A DNA stretch of 64,000 bases from Paraphysomonas bandaiensis. Its lineage: Eukaryota; Protista; Chrysophyceae. Where the stretch lies: assembly GCA_965644295.1 (NCBI GenBank), contig CBFFRP010000034.1:39476-103475 (forward strand), given 5' to 3'. The translations under genes and the position numbers were made by a program. The notes beneath the pieces are model-generated. The model worked only from the letters and a program-made list of their open reading frames with translations, had not been told where the DNA came from and made no database searches. Shown piece after piece: positions 12,804-25,700 of the stretch. Within the stretch, counting starts at the first letter, position 1. Each line of letters begins with the position of its first letter.

Positions 12804-14500
12804 ATGGAACAAATACAAGATTTTACACCTACTCTTAATAAACCTACTGCATCAGGGCAACTAGAACCCCTTCAAGATGCTATTTCAACTGATTTTGAGG
12901 GAATATTAGATGAAATGCGCACAGAGATTGCAACATCTCAAGAAATTAACACACAAGTATATAAAACTCGATTAATATTTCATTAATCTTATATTGATGG
13001 GTAGGTTAATGACAGTCTGAGATTGTCTTCCAATGCTCTGTTCTCTGTTAAGACGGGCGATATTGCCAGTGGACAGGAATCCATTCAGTCAAGCATAACA
13101 ATATTATCAAACGTATGTATCTCTCTCATATTGTATGTACTCTTACTAATCTAGATACAAATATGTCCCTTTAGATTTTAAATAAACATTCCAACGCACG
13201 AATTGTAAACAGCAGATTTGGGATCGCTGTGCAGAGTGCTTTGGAAGTTTTGCTTCTTTTGGAATTCTTCGAGCATGGAAGACTTCTCAACATAAACGAA
13301 GTAACTCTTTGTACAGATGAGGAGTATGTTGGGGCTACTCTTGGTCTTGCATCGGAAATATCGCGTTATTGCGTTACTAGAGCGTGTGAGGTAATCGTCG
13401 AACTTTTGTTCAGTGCTATCTCTTAGTGCAATATCAACAGAACGACCACACATCTGTATTACTATGTAGGGCATTTCTGAATGCGGTAAACGGAAAGATG
13501 CTGGAATTTTATTTTCGCAATGGTCCACTGCGTCGCATGTACGATGGCCTAAAATATGCCTACAAGCGTGTCGAGGATATTATTTTCGATATGAGTATGC
13601 TCTGCCCACCAGGTATATTTCGTAGCAGCATATACAATTTACGAAGTCGATGTATTTACAGCTAAGTATGTAGTGGAGAAAGATAAGTTAGAGCCTGAAA
13701 CTAAGCGAGCACGTACATCGGGTGCATTTGATTTACAGCTGTTTGACTCTCGTGTGTTTTTCGATTCCGAACAACTTGATTCAGTCAAGAGCCGAATGGA
13801 TGCCTACGATCTCATGAGGGAGACTGTAATTAAGAAGTCAAGAGACATTCAGAAGTTCTCGAAACAGGCTGTGTTTTCTTTGCACGGTATGAGGAAGGAG
13901 GAGGCTAAAAATAAGCTTTCTAAGGCTCAAGAAATTGCCTTGGAGATACTACCTATTATCACCGACGTAAGAAATTATCTCAATGTGCCATACCGTTAAC
14001 TAATTCAGCACGAATTATTTGTGTAATATGTATAACAGTACCCGACTTTAAGATCTGGATCATTCAGTAACTCTCTCGAAGAGTGGGCGGAAGCACGACT
14101 GTTTTTAGAATGGGTGCAACGACAGGCGGTACTACGAAGGAGTGAATTAGGAGAAGCCCTAGGGCAGCCACTCACTTGTGGAGAGTATATTGGCGCTCTG
14201 TCTGATCTGACTGGAGAATTGGGGCGGGTTGCCGTTGCAGAAGCCTCCAAGCGAAATGTTGAGGCTGTCAGATCAATACATGTTGTCAGTCTGACAATCT
14301 CGCGAGCACTGTCGGATCCTACTGTAACCGGAAAGTTTAACCAGAAGCAGAAAGCTGTGGTCAATAACACGAACAAAGTAGAAGGGCTTATATACGAATT
14401 GAGTATGGTACAAAGGGGTGGTCGTCGGGTTGTAGAGGAATCTCGTGATGGTACTAGCTCAAGCAAGCAAAAGGTAGTAGATGACGAAGATGATGTGTGA
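12804..14500 (+). CDS. Translin-TRAX tandem fusion (single-chain C3PO-like RNase), ~6 exons
   Basis: N-domain EEYVGATLGLASEISRY...FRNGPLRRMYDGLKYAYKRVEDIIFDMSM is translin-type. C-domain RETVIKKSRDIQKFSKQAVFSLH...SLEEWAEA...EYIGALSDLTGELGR is TRAX-type. The intron after 13611 joins them in frame. Confidence 0.85.
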
Positions 14501-15392
14501 ATTGTTAGCATTAAGTCGAGGTAATACCAAAACCTGGTAAAGCAATTTCACCAGGTTTCATATATAAGTATTGAGTTATTATTTTACTGTAATTTGTATC
14601 TGAGAGGTTAAAGATAAAGAAAAAGTCGCAAGTATAGTTGTTATTAGCAGTATTTATTGCGTTAAAAGTTGGCCCTGCTATTATTACTTGTGTTGGATAT
14701 TGCATTTCATATAGTGCTGTATTTAGCTGTCCCGTACTGTAACAGAGCTGTGAAAATGCAGCCAAGCTTGAGCATTCGCTGTAAGTTAACAAATGACATC
14801 TATTGACGTATAAAGCGAATCAACTAGGAGAATTTCTCAATTATACTGGCTAAAAATATATACTTTTCTCTACAGCCAAAGCGTTCTGTTCATCTACTAA
14901 GCGTTGACTCGTTACCATCTGAATTAAGTTCAAACAAGACTGACTAGAAATAGAGTGAGATTGAGAAGAAAAACAGAACGAGTTCTACTATATACTATAT
15001 TAGTTTAGAAGAGGACATTTAGACGTTTAGTTTATTCGTAACTGTAATAGAACTAAATTCAAGGCTAGGGTGAGCACGATATATATAAAGGGATACAGAA
15101 ATTGTTGAATACAGAAAAACGTAAGAGATACTACTGTAATTAACTAATTAATAAGCAATAAGCAATACTACTGAACGACTAACATAATACTACTACCTTG
15201 CGCACAGGAAAACATAAACTTAAATTCTTTCCTAGCTATTAGTCTGTGTAAAGAGTTCGCTTCATCTTAGTATTATCACTGCGAAACGGTAAAATTATCA
15301 CGAGATACTTTCTTAGAATCGAGCAGTGTGTGAGTGATTCAACTTCTAATCAATACATTTATTTTATATACAACAGAATATTATTAGGGAAA

Positions 15393-18145
15393 TCATTGTA
15401 AATTGTTCCAGATTGATCTAATCTTCCTAGCCCTTCGTTTTTCCTTCTTCATAAACACTGATACTCTTTTGCGTTGATATAGTATACTCTTTCGAAACTG
15501 TTGTGGAACTACATCTTCAGGTCCAAATTTAGTCATTAAATCATTCAGGACCTGAGACAATGCACTATTTAGGCCACTTCTCCGAAGTGCTTCTACCAAG
15601 AGACGACCTTCCTGTACAGAATAGAGATAGCACACACAGCCTGAGTTAGTATTAAAATCATCACCCAGACTAATGTTTTCCACACCAACAACTATCGACG
15701 GAAATATTTCAACGGGTGGGCAATACATATTTTCACTGTAAAAGTTCGTAAAGAGTTTTATGATTTCAGCACAACATTTCCCAACCATAGTGTCATGAAA
15801 TTTCGTTGCAGACATGAGCGCTACTAGCCACTCCACTGCCATTAGTCGAATCAGAATATACTCTTTCCAACTCGTAAAACAATAGCCCCTGAAGCTACAA
15901 ATGCAGCATGTTATCCATTTGAGCACTTCAACACAAATAGTACAATTGCATGTTGTCGGTGGATGGATTACTTTAGCTTTCTTACAGGGAGGAAGCTGGT
16001 TTTCACTAGACATATCAGCAAATCTAGTGCAAAGTTGAGAGCACTCCAATGCTATCATTCTTCTGACAATCCATCGCATTGATAAAAACACACCCCAGTC
16101 ATTGCAGGACAACTCCATCAAAGAAGCAACACATGACAATGAAAGTTCCGGAGTGCACCCTGTCTGTGACGTCATTAAGTGCCGCAGTGTAGACAAATCA
16201 CTAGGGCCAAATGATTCAGAATTGAGAGCCAAAGTGAATCGCTGTACTTCCACTTCACGAGGAATACTCGTCAGTGGGGCTAACATTGATATCACCGAAA
16301 AATCGGATCCAATCAATGGTGAGCAAGACGATTTTATAGGCATGCATCCACATATCTGTATTCCCTATTACATCTATGATATTTAAGTACACAATTCAAA
16401 CCTCATAGAATGCCGAAGTAACGCCTGCTGCAGATACAGGTAGAGCCACAGCTTCTTGCACTGGAGAAATAAACGGTGGGTCAAACCATCGCGCAATACC
16501 ACATACACCACTACAATCTCCAGATTCAGATAAAGAATCTATCATAGTTCCCTAAAACTATGTCATTGTAGCACCAAATATAACACTCTTGTATAATACC
16601 TGCCAGCGGCTATCATCGTGCGACATAAAACAATCTAATGACTAATCATAAATACTTGCAACAAAATAAACCATCCATTATTATACCTCCTACAATGAGT
16701 CCAAAGTGTTTGCAGTCTTTAAATAAACCTCGTATTTGCTGTATATACATCATCAGAGAGGTAAAAGTGTTTTAAAATAAGCACCTCCAGCGCAGCACAG
16801 GCTGCAACTGGTACAGCATGTACACCACAGCCGCCCGCAGTTTTCTTCATTCTACGTAGCAGTTTTGTCTTCGTGTCACTGCTCGAAGTAGAATTACGCA
16901 GCGATCTCAGCCCAGCCTTGCGTAACACAGCAGCTGGACTGCAATCATTTGTGGACTCATTATAGATACCAACTTCTAAGTCTGTCCCATTTGTTGTCGT
17001 CGCAACAATGTCGACTGCGGGACTATTATAACTATTTGTTCAATATAAGGCGCGCAATATACACCTGGAAAAGAATCAAAGGCGTAGTTTGCAACGACTA
17101 CGACCATATCCCAATGCAAGCAGCCATTCGGAATACAACCACCTAGTCGCGCTCATATTATCAAATAGCACATAACAAAGGGATAGCGGTCATTCACAAC
17201 CACTGCTACCTGAGTGTAGTAATCGCATTTCTGGTTTATCAGTAGGCACTGCGGATGCGCGAAAAGTTGCAAAATCGAGATATCTCTTGTCACACAGCTC
17301 ACTGTGTTGAAAATCGATAGTGTTAGTTAAAACGAAGTAAAACGTTTGACGATCACTATATTGGCTACATCATTCACAATCGTACAAACGAAATCGTACC
17401 TGAACCACGGGAGATGTAGAAGATCCTTAAAGACTGAGTCATGAAAGTCAGTACAGATCGCCATACTTTCACCCCAACGCCTCTGTACATGAAATAATAT
17501 AAAGTCTCGTAAAATATATATAGCTGGGTACACTCAATAAGCGAAAATAGTACATTCGTTAAGTGCAGATATTTACATGAAATAACATACACGAGAAATC
17601 TCCTCAGCTATATAATAAGAAAGAATCCCGTGTCCTGCGCCAATCTCAACAATACATATAGAAGGAGGCCCCCTGGATACCATCTTCCACATAGATTGAA
17701 TCTCCTCTACGTACATATTAGCTACAAATCGATTGCTGGATACTTCAAATGGTACATCATTACTATTCCATGCATCTAACTGAGATCGAGAGTAGTATGA
17801 GTTTTGCATCGACCATATTCTAGAATTAGAAAACGACGTGAACTGATCCTCTGTATGTGTATTAGTCTTATATAAATGAAGAGGGTTTGGTATGGTGTTT
17901 GAAGTAGAAGGCTTGTTATCTACTAATCCATCCAATAGTGCAAACTCTCTCATGAAATACAGTCTATCTGTAGGTGATAATGTGTTAAGGTAGAGTAGTA
18001 ACTTACGGCGTAGTTTAGTATCATTGATAATGAATTCTGCCCCTATACGATGTAGTCTATAGCACATAATCACTACTTGTAGTGGACTGTTGCATGTTAT
18101 GCAGTGGGAGATTAGATATTGGATGATCTCGAGAGAGGGATTCAT
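15393..18145 (-). CDS. SAM-dependent methyltransferase, MidA/NDUFAF7-like, with unknown C-terminal region; multi-exon
   Basis: SRIWSMQNSYY...AWNSNDVPFEVSSNRFVANMY, IVEIGAGHG (motif I), ICTDFH, VVVANYAFDSFP in successive exons. Joining to the 15393-16343 ORF is inferred. Confidence 0.65.
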
Positions 18146-18370
18146 AGAGAAGAGAGATTATTCATGAATGGATGAGAAGTTACTTGTGTATGCACTGTGG
18201 TGTGGTATGAGATGTTATACAATGGGGCACTGATGGGGTGTATAGCCATAGCACGAGTCGTTTAACAGCATGGATGGTTTGATTGATACCCACCCCAGTC
18301 AACAGTCCAGTGTAGATATGCTGTACAACTGTAGTCCGATACCTACAACCTGCTTTGTACCTACATGTAC

Positions 18371-18752
18371 CTACCTACCTACCTACATACATACATACAT
18401 ACATACATACATACATACATACATACATACATACATACGTACATACATTCGTACATACATACATACATACATACATACATACATACATACATACATACAT
18501 ACATACATACATACATACATACATACATACATACATACATACATACATACATACATACATACATACATACATACATACATACATACATACATACATACAT
18601 ACATACATACATACATACATACATACATACATACATACATACATACATACATACATACATACATACATACATACATACATACATACATACATACATACAT
18701 ACATACATACATACATACATACATACATACATACATACATACATACATACAC
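18371..18752. repeat. (CATA)n / (TACA)n tetranucleotide microsatellite, roughly 90-95 units
   Basis: Near-perfect ACAT tandem array with two variant units near 18437-18452, preceded by a short (CCTA)n run. Confidence 0.98.
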
Positions 18753-18984
18753 AGGACCGTAGTCCATAGTGTCGTATATTTTCCAGTGTGTATCGACCAC
18801 CCATCTGCCTGTGAATCTACAGCATACTACAGTCATATCCTGCACATGCATCTCTTGCACAGCAACACATACATATACACATACATACATATACACATAC
18901 ATTCATACCACTCTCTCAATCATTCTCTACTTACATTACAGTCACTGGTACTTGGTGTTACCCTCTTCATATTAGATCGTTAGA

Positions 18985-20306
18985 ATGGGTGTGTTTACCT
19001 TATTACCTGTAGTGGGTGCCGTATTATTAGGGATTAAACTCTCCTATGTATTGTCACCACAAAATCCTGTGAATGAATTAAAGTGTTGGTCAATACAATT
19101 TTTGGATTCATTTTTAGTACCAAATGATATATGGATAATGCGACCATATCATGAAGCATGTACAGAGGCACTCATGAAAGAGTTTCCTAAAGGTACATCA
19201 TGGGACACTGTCGCATCGATTGTAGAGCTCACTCCTGAAAACATGACTGAGTATTTCAGCAATAGCGAAGTTCTTGATGTCCCATTTGTAATCCGCGGAT
19301 TTCTTAATCAGTCAAACACTGTGTTTGATTTAACAAAGTATGCTGATGTTAATCATCTTCGCGAATCCGTAAATGGAACTTATGAGTACAACTTCGATGC
19401 CAACGACCATGCTGAAAAGTTGACTCTGCCGGATGCCATCGATAAAATGCTTGGAGGTCATGGACTGTATATGAAGTTCAATCGTGATTTCACTATCAAT
19501 GAACCAGTTATAGCGAATGCCGTGGACGCAGCCACAGCTAAGTTGGTCGAACTTGGCGGCCCAGTTGTTAAGGAGGCACTTGCCGACGCATGGAAAGTCA
19601 CCTTTATGACAATTGGATCTCAGATGAATACCAAGATACATAATGCTATGTCAGCTAACTGGTTTTTCCAAATCGCTGGTATTAAGGACTGGAAGATTTA
19701 CGATCCCCGCCACTCCATTTACCTGCAGCCTTACAACCTCCCCAATGCCATTGCATCGGCTTCATCCTTTGACACATCTTTCCCACAGGGCCCACCATAC
19801 ATTGCCACTCGCACAAATCCTGGAGACTTCCTTTACTTCCCCTCATTCTGGTTGCATGAGGTTGACAACTATGGTCCTGGCCTCAAGCTTGCCATTGGAT
19901 TAAGACCTTCTATTCAAGGTAAATTTCTCTACACTCATGCGCTTAACGTTTGTGTTATATGTCATATTTCCCCAAACTAACTGTGTGTGTAGCTGTGCAG
20001 CATATGTGGAAGACTGCCTTACTCCCCTTTTACGAGAACCCGAAAGGCACGACTGGCTTGGCTCTGTGCCATCTTGGACCGTCTCTGAAGCTCATTGCTG
20101 ACCTGACTGCGGCTAAATTCAGTGCCAAATGGAAAGCTGCCTTTGGCGAGACAGATCCCTTACAGGCAAATGATGTAGAGGTGTTCCAGTCAGAGAAGGA
20201 TGGACGTGGAACGGATTGGTGGGTAAAGTCAAGCTCGAAGCGGTACAAACAAAAAAATGCCGGAGATCAGACAATTGATGAAATGACTGCGAATATTAAC
20301 TTCTGA
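18985..20306 (+). CDS. JmjC/cupin-8 fold protein with N-terminal signal/anchor, 2 exons
   Basis: PFVIRG, TKIHNAMSANWFFQIAGIKDWKIYDP and TNPGDFLYFPSFWLHEVDN; hydrophobic N-terminus; intron ~19919-19992. Confidence 0.85.
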
Positions 20307-20664
20307 GTAACTGTTGAATAAACATCAGCTGTTGAACACATAGTCATGACTCTAGTCGCAGCGAAGTTATCTTAACAGTTACAAGTCTTTTTGTCACTCA
20401 CTTGATTTCTTGCGGTATTGATGTAATTTTTTAGTTTACATAATGGTGAGATGTCAACTAATAGGACTTCAATTGTTGGTATCATAAAAATGAGCACTTT
20501 CAAAAAATATGATTTTTATATCTATTTTGATTTCGTTTGATAGTATTTTGCGACCACTCTTTAAGAAAGCAAAAAGCTCTGATGAGAGAAAAATACATTA
20601 GTGTTGTATCGTAAAAAATTCGGGATATCGGAGCTATTGATTAAAGGTGGAATCCGTATGATAA

Positions 20665-20870
20665 TGACTATAGTGAATGTGCAATACGCGTGTAAGAATC
20701 AAAACTAATGTAACATTGCAATTTAGAATTTAAATGACTAGTGCTTAACTCTGATATCCTACTGCATTTAGCGCTACTAAAACTGCCTTGTGCGTCACCA
20801 CTTGCGTTCTATCACTCAAAGAAAACGCAGTGAGCAAGCAAAACGTTGATTTACCTGGCAGCTGCTGACT
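20665..20870 (-). repeat. Dispersed repeat family A copy
   Basis: TAACTCTGATATCC...GCTAC.AAA.CTGC.TTGTGCG...CTATCACTCAAAG matches 58255-58445 and the reverse complement of 34260-34460. Confidence 0.75.
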
Positions 20871-21199
20871 TCAGGTTATGATTATGACGCTATACCTTAA
20901 ACAGTAATACATATTGTATATAGTATACCTGGGAAGAGCTAGCCAAAACTATAGTGGTGATGAACTTTGCAATAAACGGAATCCATTAGTAGTATTGAGA
21001 CTATTTATTATTTACCGCTTGCAATATATTGTAATCAACCTTTTCCGCGGTAATTACTATTTCACATCAGCAACACAATATTTTTAGTGTAAACTATATG
21101 TTGTTGCTTGGTGAAGGATGATGCTTCAAAACTTTTGAAGCTTAATACAATCTAATTATCTGCACCACGTCAATGGAGTAAGCACAAATAAATTCATCA

Positions 21200-21560
21200 A
21201 GTAGTATGTGCTCTCAATACGTCGTGCCTATAATTTTGATGGAAAACTATCGTTGTTACATTGATTCGTATGTCAGTGATATTATTATAACTGCATCTAC
21301 AGATCTTGATTGCTCTGTCGAGATTAAGCAGTAAGCTAACATATGCATCTTGTTGGTTGTCAATTTACCTATTTATTTATCGTATTCAGTGCGAGTAGTT
21401 TTGCTCTACATGTATGTATTCAGTGATGCCGACTGGGCTGGCGACATACTTTCTGAGACGTTCCACTACTGGAAATATGTAGTCGAAGTCCGAATATACG
21501 GCTGAGTATGGAGTATGTAGTTATTCAAGAATTGGCGTGACTACGAGGAGGTTTCGAGAG
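21200..21560 (+). mobile_element. Ty1/copia RT-RNase H relic, heavily deleted
   Basis: Fragments in copia order: YVSDIII (degenerate YVDD), YAS.VG..IYL, VFSDADWAGD, RRSTTG, SKSEYTA. Confidence 0.75.
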
Positions 21561-21742
21561 CTGAGACTTACATAATTGAGAGATAAATCTATTATTTATG
21601 AATACAAAGGGTAAAACGAGACTTGTTGGACAACCAGTTTACTACAACTGATCATATTAAAATATATTGAAATATGCAGTATCATTGAGTACGTGAGCAG
21701 TTGTGAACGGCAGACTTCCAACAAAAACATATTATTATTCGT

Positions 21743-22392
21743 CATGGCTGCGAAAAAATTAATTGAAATGCAATTAGTTGTAGTTAATGGCAATAATTAA
21801 TTGTAATTGCTATTAAATTGCATGGAATATACGTAACAATTGCAATTATAATTGCTCGCTGGAAGGTTGTAATTAAATTGCAATTAATGGGCAATTATTA
21901 CTATATATAGATATAGTATAAGAAGAACATAATATTAGAATTAGTACTTGGAAAACATTAAAGACGATGGCCATTTATACTAGCCATCACCTTGGTGCGG
22001 ATGCGGACGTAATTACGAATCAGACCTTCGAAAATGCTGCTGATTGGAGAACACTCTCACTCGACCTGAAAAGGCAAGAACAAAAGCGACCACGTACTAC
22101 CAAACCAACTAAGTGCCACTGCTTAAAGTACTCCACTACTAATTGTGTAGAAAGGCTTTTCAGTAGAGAAAAAATCAACTTGCGTGATCTGCGCAAATCT
22201 ACGGCACCTCATCGATTAGAGGCAGACTTCTTGCGCTTAAGTAAGACTTCTGTGGAATGCAAGTACGGTTGAAGATGGTATTCGTGTTAGTAATGAGTAG
22301 CTAATTTAAATAGACATTAATTGGCAATTGATTGCAATTATAATTGCGCGAGCTATAACTCATAATTGCAATTTAATTGTTACGCAGCCCTG
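21743..22392 (+). mobile_element. Non-autonomous hAT element with a transposase dimerisation-domain remnant
   Basis: TIRs CATGGCTGCG.../...CGCAGCCCTG; GCAATT-rich subterminal repeats; degenerate 8-bp TSD TTATTCGT/TTATCCAT; internal STTNCVERLFSREK resembles the hATC motif. Confidence 0.75.
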
Positions 22393-22720
22393 TTATCCAT
22401 ACTCAATACTAATTATCAATAAATAATAAATTAAAATGTAAACATTATTTTAATGTAAGGGCTCGTCTGTGAGTGACTATAATATTTTGCCTTCTGATAT
22501 ATAGCCAAATTTATCCTTCAGTTTCCGATACAGGATCTATTGTAAAACGACTTGCTTGAAGTCATAACTGTAAATATTTCGTATGGCATCCAAGACAAAG
22601 CTAAAGTATATTACTGGACTACTGGTAAGTGGGTCCACTTACTTTATTACCACAATGCTCAGCACATCCGAATAAAGTCTCTAATATTACAGCAATTTTA
22701 CAAACATAGTACTTAATACA

Positions 22721-25700
22721 CTACGGTGGACGAGGCGGCTTCGTCGACAAGAGCTGAGGTAAATCAGACACATCTATTGAAGGAATTACTTGTGGTATAT
22801 GATTACTTCGTTTTCTGCTCGCCTTCTTTTTCGTCGACACTGGTGACTTCCAAATAGGCTGAGTCCCTGTAATTGATGATTTATCAGTCCCACTGGGACT
22901 AAATCTACCTGTGTCGTATTTGGAAGGAGAACTTTTAGATCTTGTCGGAGTGTCAAATCTCGGCAGAGTTATGGTTTTCTCTTCCGGTTCGATGAAACCG
23001 GATATAACTTTTCGACGGTGAAGTTCCTTTTTTAAAGCGGGATCTCGAGCACTCTCTTTAGAAACCTCCATAACATCAGTATTACGCGATATTTTAGCTA
23101 GTTCCTGAATTTTAGTTTCCTGATCAGGATTCATATAGTCGCCATGTTTGCAGGTCACAATTGGACTGCATAAACTCCCACAAGAAGAAACACCACATGC
23201 CTCATACGTCCCTGTTCGAGAGTGAGGCCTACTCTGTTTCGCCTTTTCTTCTTCAGCCGAGAGTCGTAGCAACTCTTCAATCTCTTCCGAATGTACAGGT
23301 CCTTCTACTAAAATATCATCTTTTGGGTCCTCATGATTTTTACTAATAGCCCATTGCACATCTGCCACAGCTTGACCTAATCGAAAGTGAATACGAGCAA
23401 TTTTAGTGAGAGATTCACGCATTCTAGGCAAATCTTTGCGTACATGGGGCCCTCTCATTCCAATGGCAACATTGTACGTAAAGTCCACGATATCTGCAAT
23501 ACCATCTAATGGAATTTTGTCAACTTTTCGGACCTCCTTACGAAATATTTCAATGATGTTAAATTGCTTAAATAAATCAAATGTGCTGATAGAATCCTTG
23601 GATAAATATCTCAAAACTTTAAGTGCAGCTAAATACGCCGGGTCATTGCGGGGACATGCCTGGGAATTTAAAATGTTTGCGCAACACTCAACAATTCGAA
23701 AATTCGGATGTAATATCATTTGATTGGCCTCACCAAACTTAGGACTATTGTAATTCGCAGACAGCGCTACTAATTTTAGACAAGATGCAACATCAAGGCG
23801 ATTCGGATCAATTTCCTCTATATATCCAGCTTCAGTACGCTCTCTTCTGTACATAAGTACATCCTCCCCCTCAAGGTGTGGAGTGGTCAAGGCGATACGA
23901 TCAAGAGCACGTCGGAGAAATCCTTCAGATAAGCTTATTGCCTTTCCTTGCTCGGTCTTGCATAGGCTCGACATTACATCAAACACAGATCGCGGCAGCT
24001 CACGCAGGCCATTTTTGTATATTGTTTCCTCCGTTAATATCTCACCGACTATATTTAGAGGAGTCGGTAGATGCAGCACAAGAGCGTCGCATAAATTCCA
24101 TCCACGAAATGCGGCAGCAGTTCCAGCCGGTGCTTCCGTCAGTCGAGTGAGGAGCTGACACAGATCATCTAGTATGCGCGTAGTGCGTGGGGTGGTACCA
24201 AAAGCACGCTGTATCTGGCCCAACACCTATTCATACAAACTTATCATCCATATACAAGCAACACACTACAATCACATTTCAACACATACCCGACAAGTAG
24301 CTTTCCCAATAGTCTGTGCCAGTTCCGCAAGTGCCTCATCACCACATTGTGATCGTACAGCCAGAAGACAGCACGTGTATCTCTCAAGAAATTTAACAGA
24401 TGTCAGAGCGACATGATCCTGTAAGCTTTTAGTTTTGTCAGGGAGTAACATATTTACGGAATTTGAGAAAGTGTTCAAGAAGTAATTGGCAGCTTGTGCT
24501 GCGTGAGACTCACGTATACCAGTCACCACGCATTGAGCTTTACTTAAGTCAATCTTTCCGGCTTGACACAAGACTGCCAGAGCATCGGCAGCAGCATTGC
24601 AGCCACTGAGATAAAGCAGCGCCTTCGACTCACTCATTTCTTTATTACAGATCTCTGAATACCCCCAAAACAGGCACTGACCCAAATAACGCACGGCAGT
24701 TGTAGAAAGCGCAGAGGCAGAAGATTTAGTATTTGATACAAGAGCAGAGATAATAGCACAGCCAGCAGACGCCATGTCCCAGGGCAAAGTACTAAAGTGT
24801 TTACTATTCATCGGACACGTAAAAAAATTGCATATTTTAACGACTCCTATGCTATAGGCTAGCTCAGACAATTCGTCGACCATTGGTTCATGCGAGTCTA
24901 GTAGTACCAGCTCGGAGAACCCTTCCATGAATCCATCCGGTGGAGGCTGTTTTATGGTCTTCATTAAGTCCATGTACATGAGTACCGTGAGGGTCTTGCT
25001 CATCGAGACGTCTTGTAACAGAGATTGTGGAGTATATGCCCGCCACTCATCAATTCGACATAAGGTAATCAGCACGAATACAGCCCGCTTATACGACATA
25101 CGTGGAAAGAAGAAGTCCTCCAAAACAAGTGGATCTAAAAGGCCCACAATGCCACTACTAACCAAACCCTGTCTCGAAGGCTCGTGAGTGTTAAGTTGAA
25201 CCAGAGTGCAGAGTGCAATATCTCCAAGTATGCTCTGCTCGCCCTTTTCACTCTCAAAGAAATCAATATACTTCAGCAAGAGTAAGCCTGCTGATTGAAC
25301 AAGCACCTGAAGAACCACGGTGAAACAGCTAGAACAAGCCAGAAGGTACATGTCCATGAGTGCTTCTTTCACCACTGGAATATCTCGCACGTTGAGAATA
25401 ATATCAGATAATTCACACGCTAGTGGATAAGTTCCTAAAAACTGCCGATAATTGTCCAACTCTTGGTCAGGGCCATACTCTGACAACAATGTCTGGTAGT
25501 TGATCTGAGCGGGTTCAAAGTCATCACAGTATGTGCTCTGATTAACTTTAAACCCATAGCCGGCCTTCGCACGCTCAAGCCCAGCTGCATGTCGGGCAAG
25601 ACGACCAATAATGCCCAACGCCTCAACCATGCTTGCTTTTTCGAAATTGTCCGTATGTTGGCGATGATATTTAATATACCTCAAACATGCAGACACGCAC

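Noticed and set aside
18270-18983. YIHT/MYVC-repeat ORFs on both strands
   Set aside because: Artefacts of the stop-free (CATA)n microsatellite.
23161-25187. Antisense ORFs over long genes (also 59736-63110, 53774-54931 etc.)
   Set aside because: Shadow frames of strong coding regions with no recognisable motifs.
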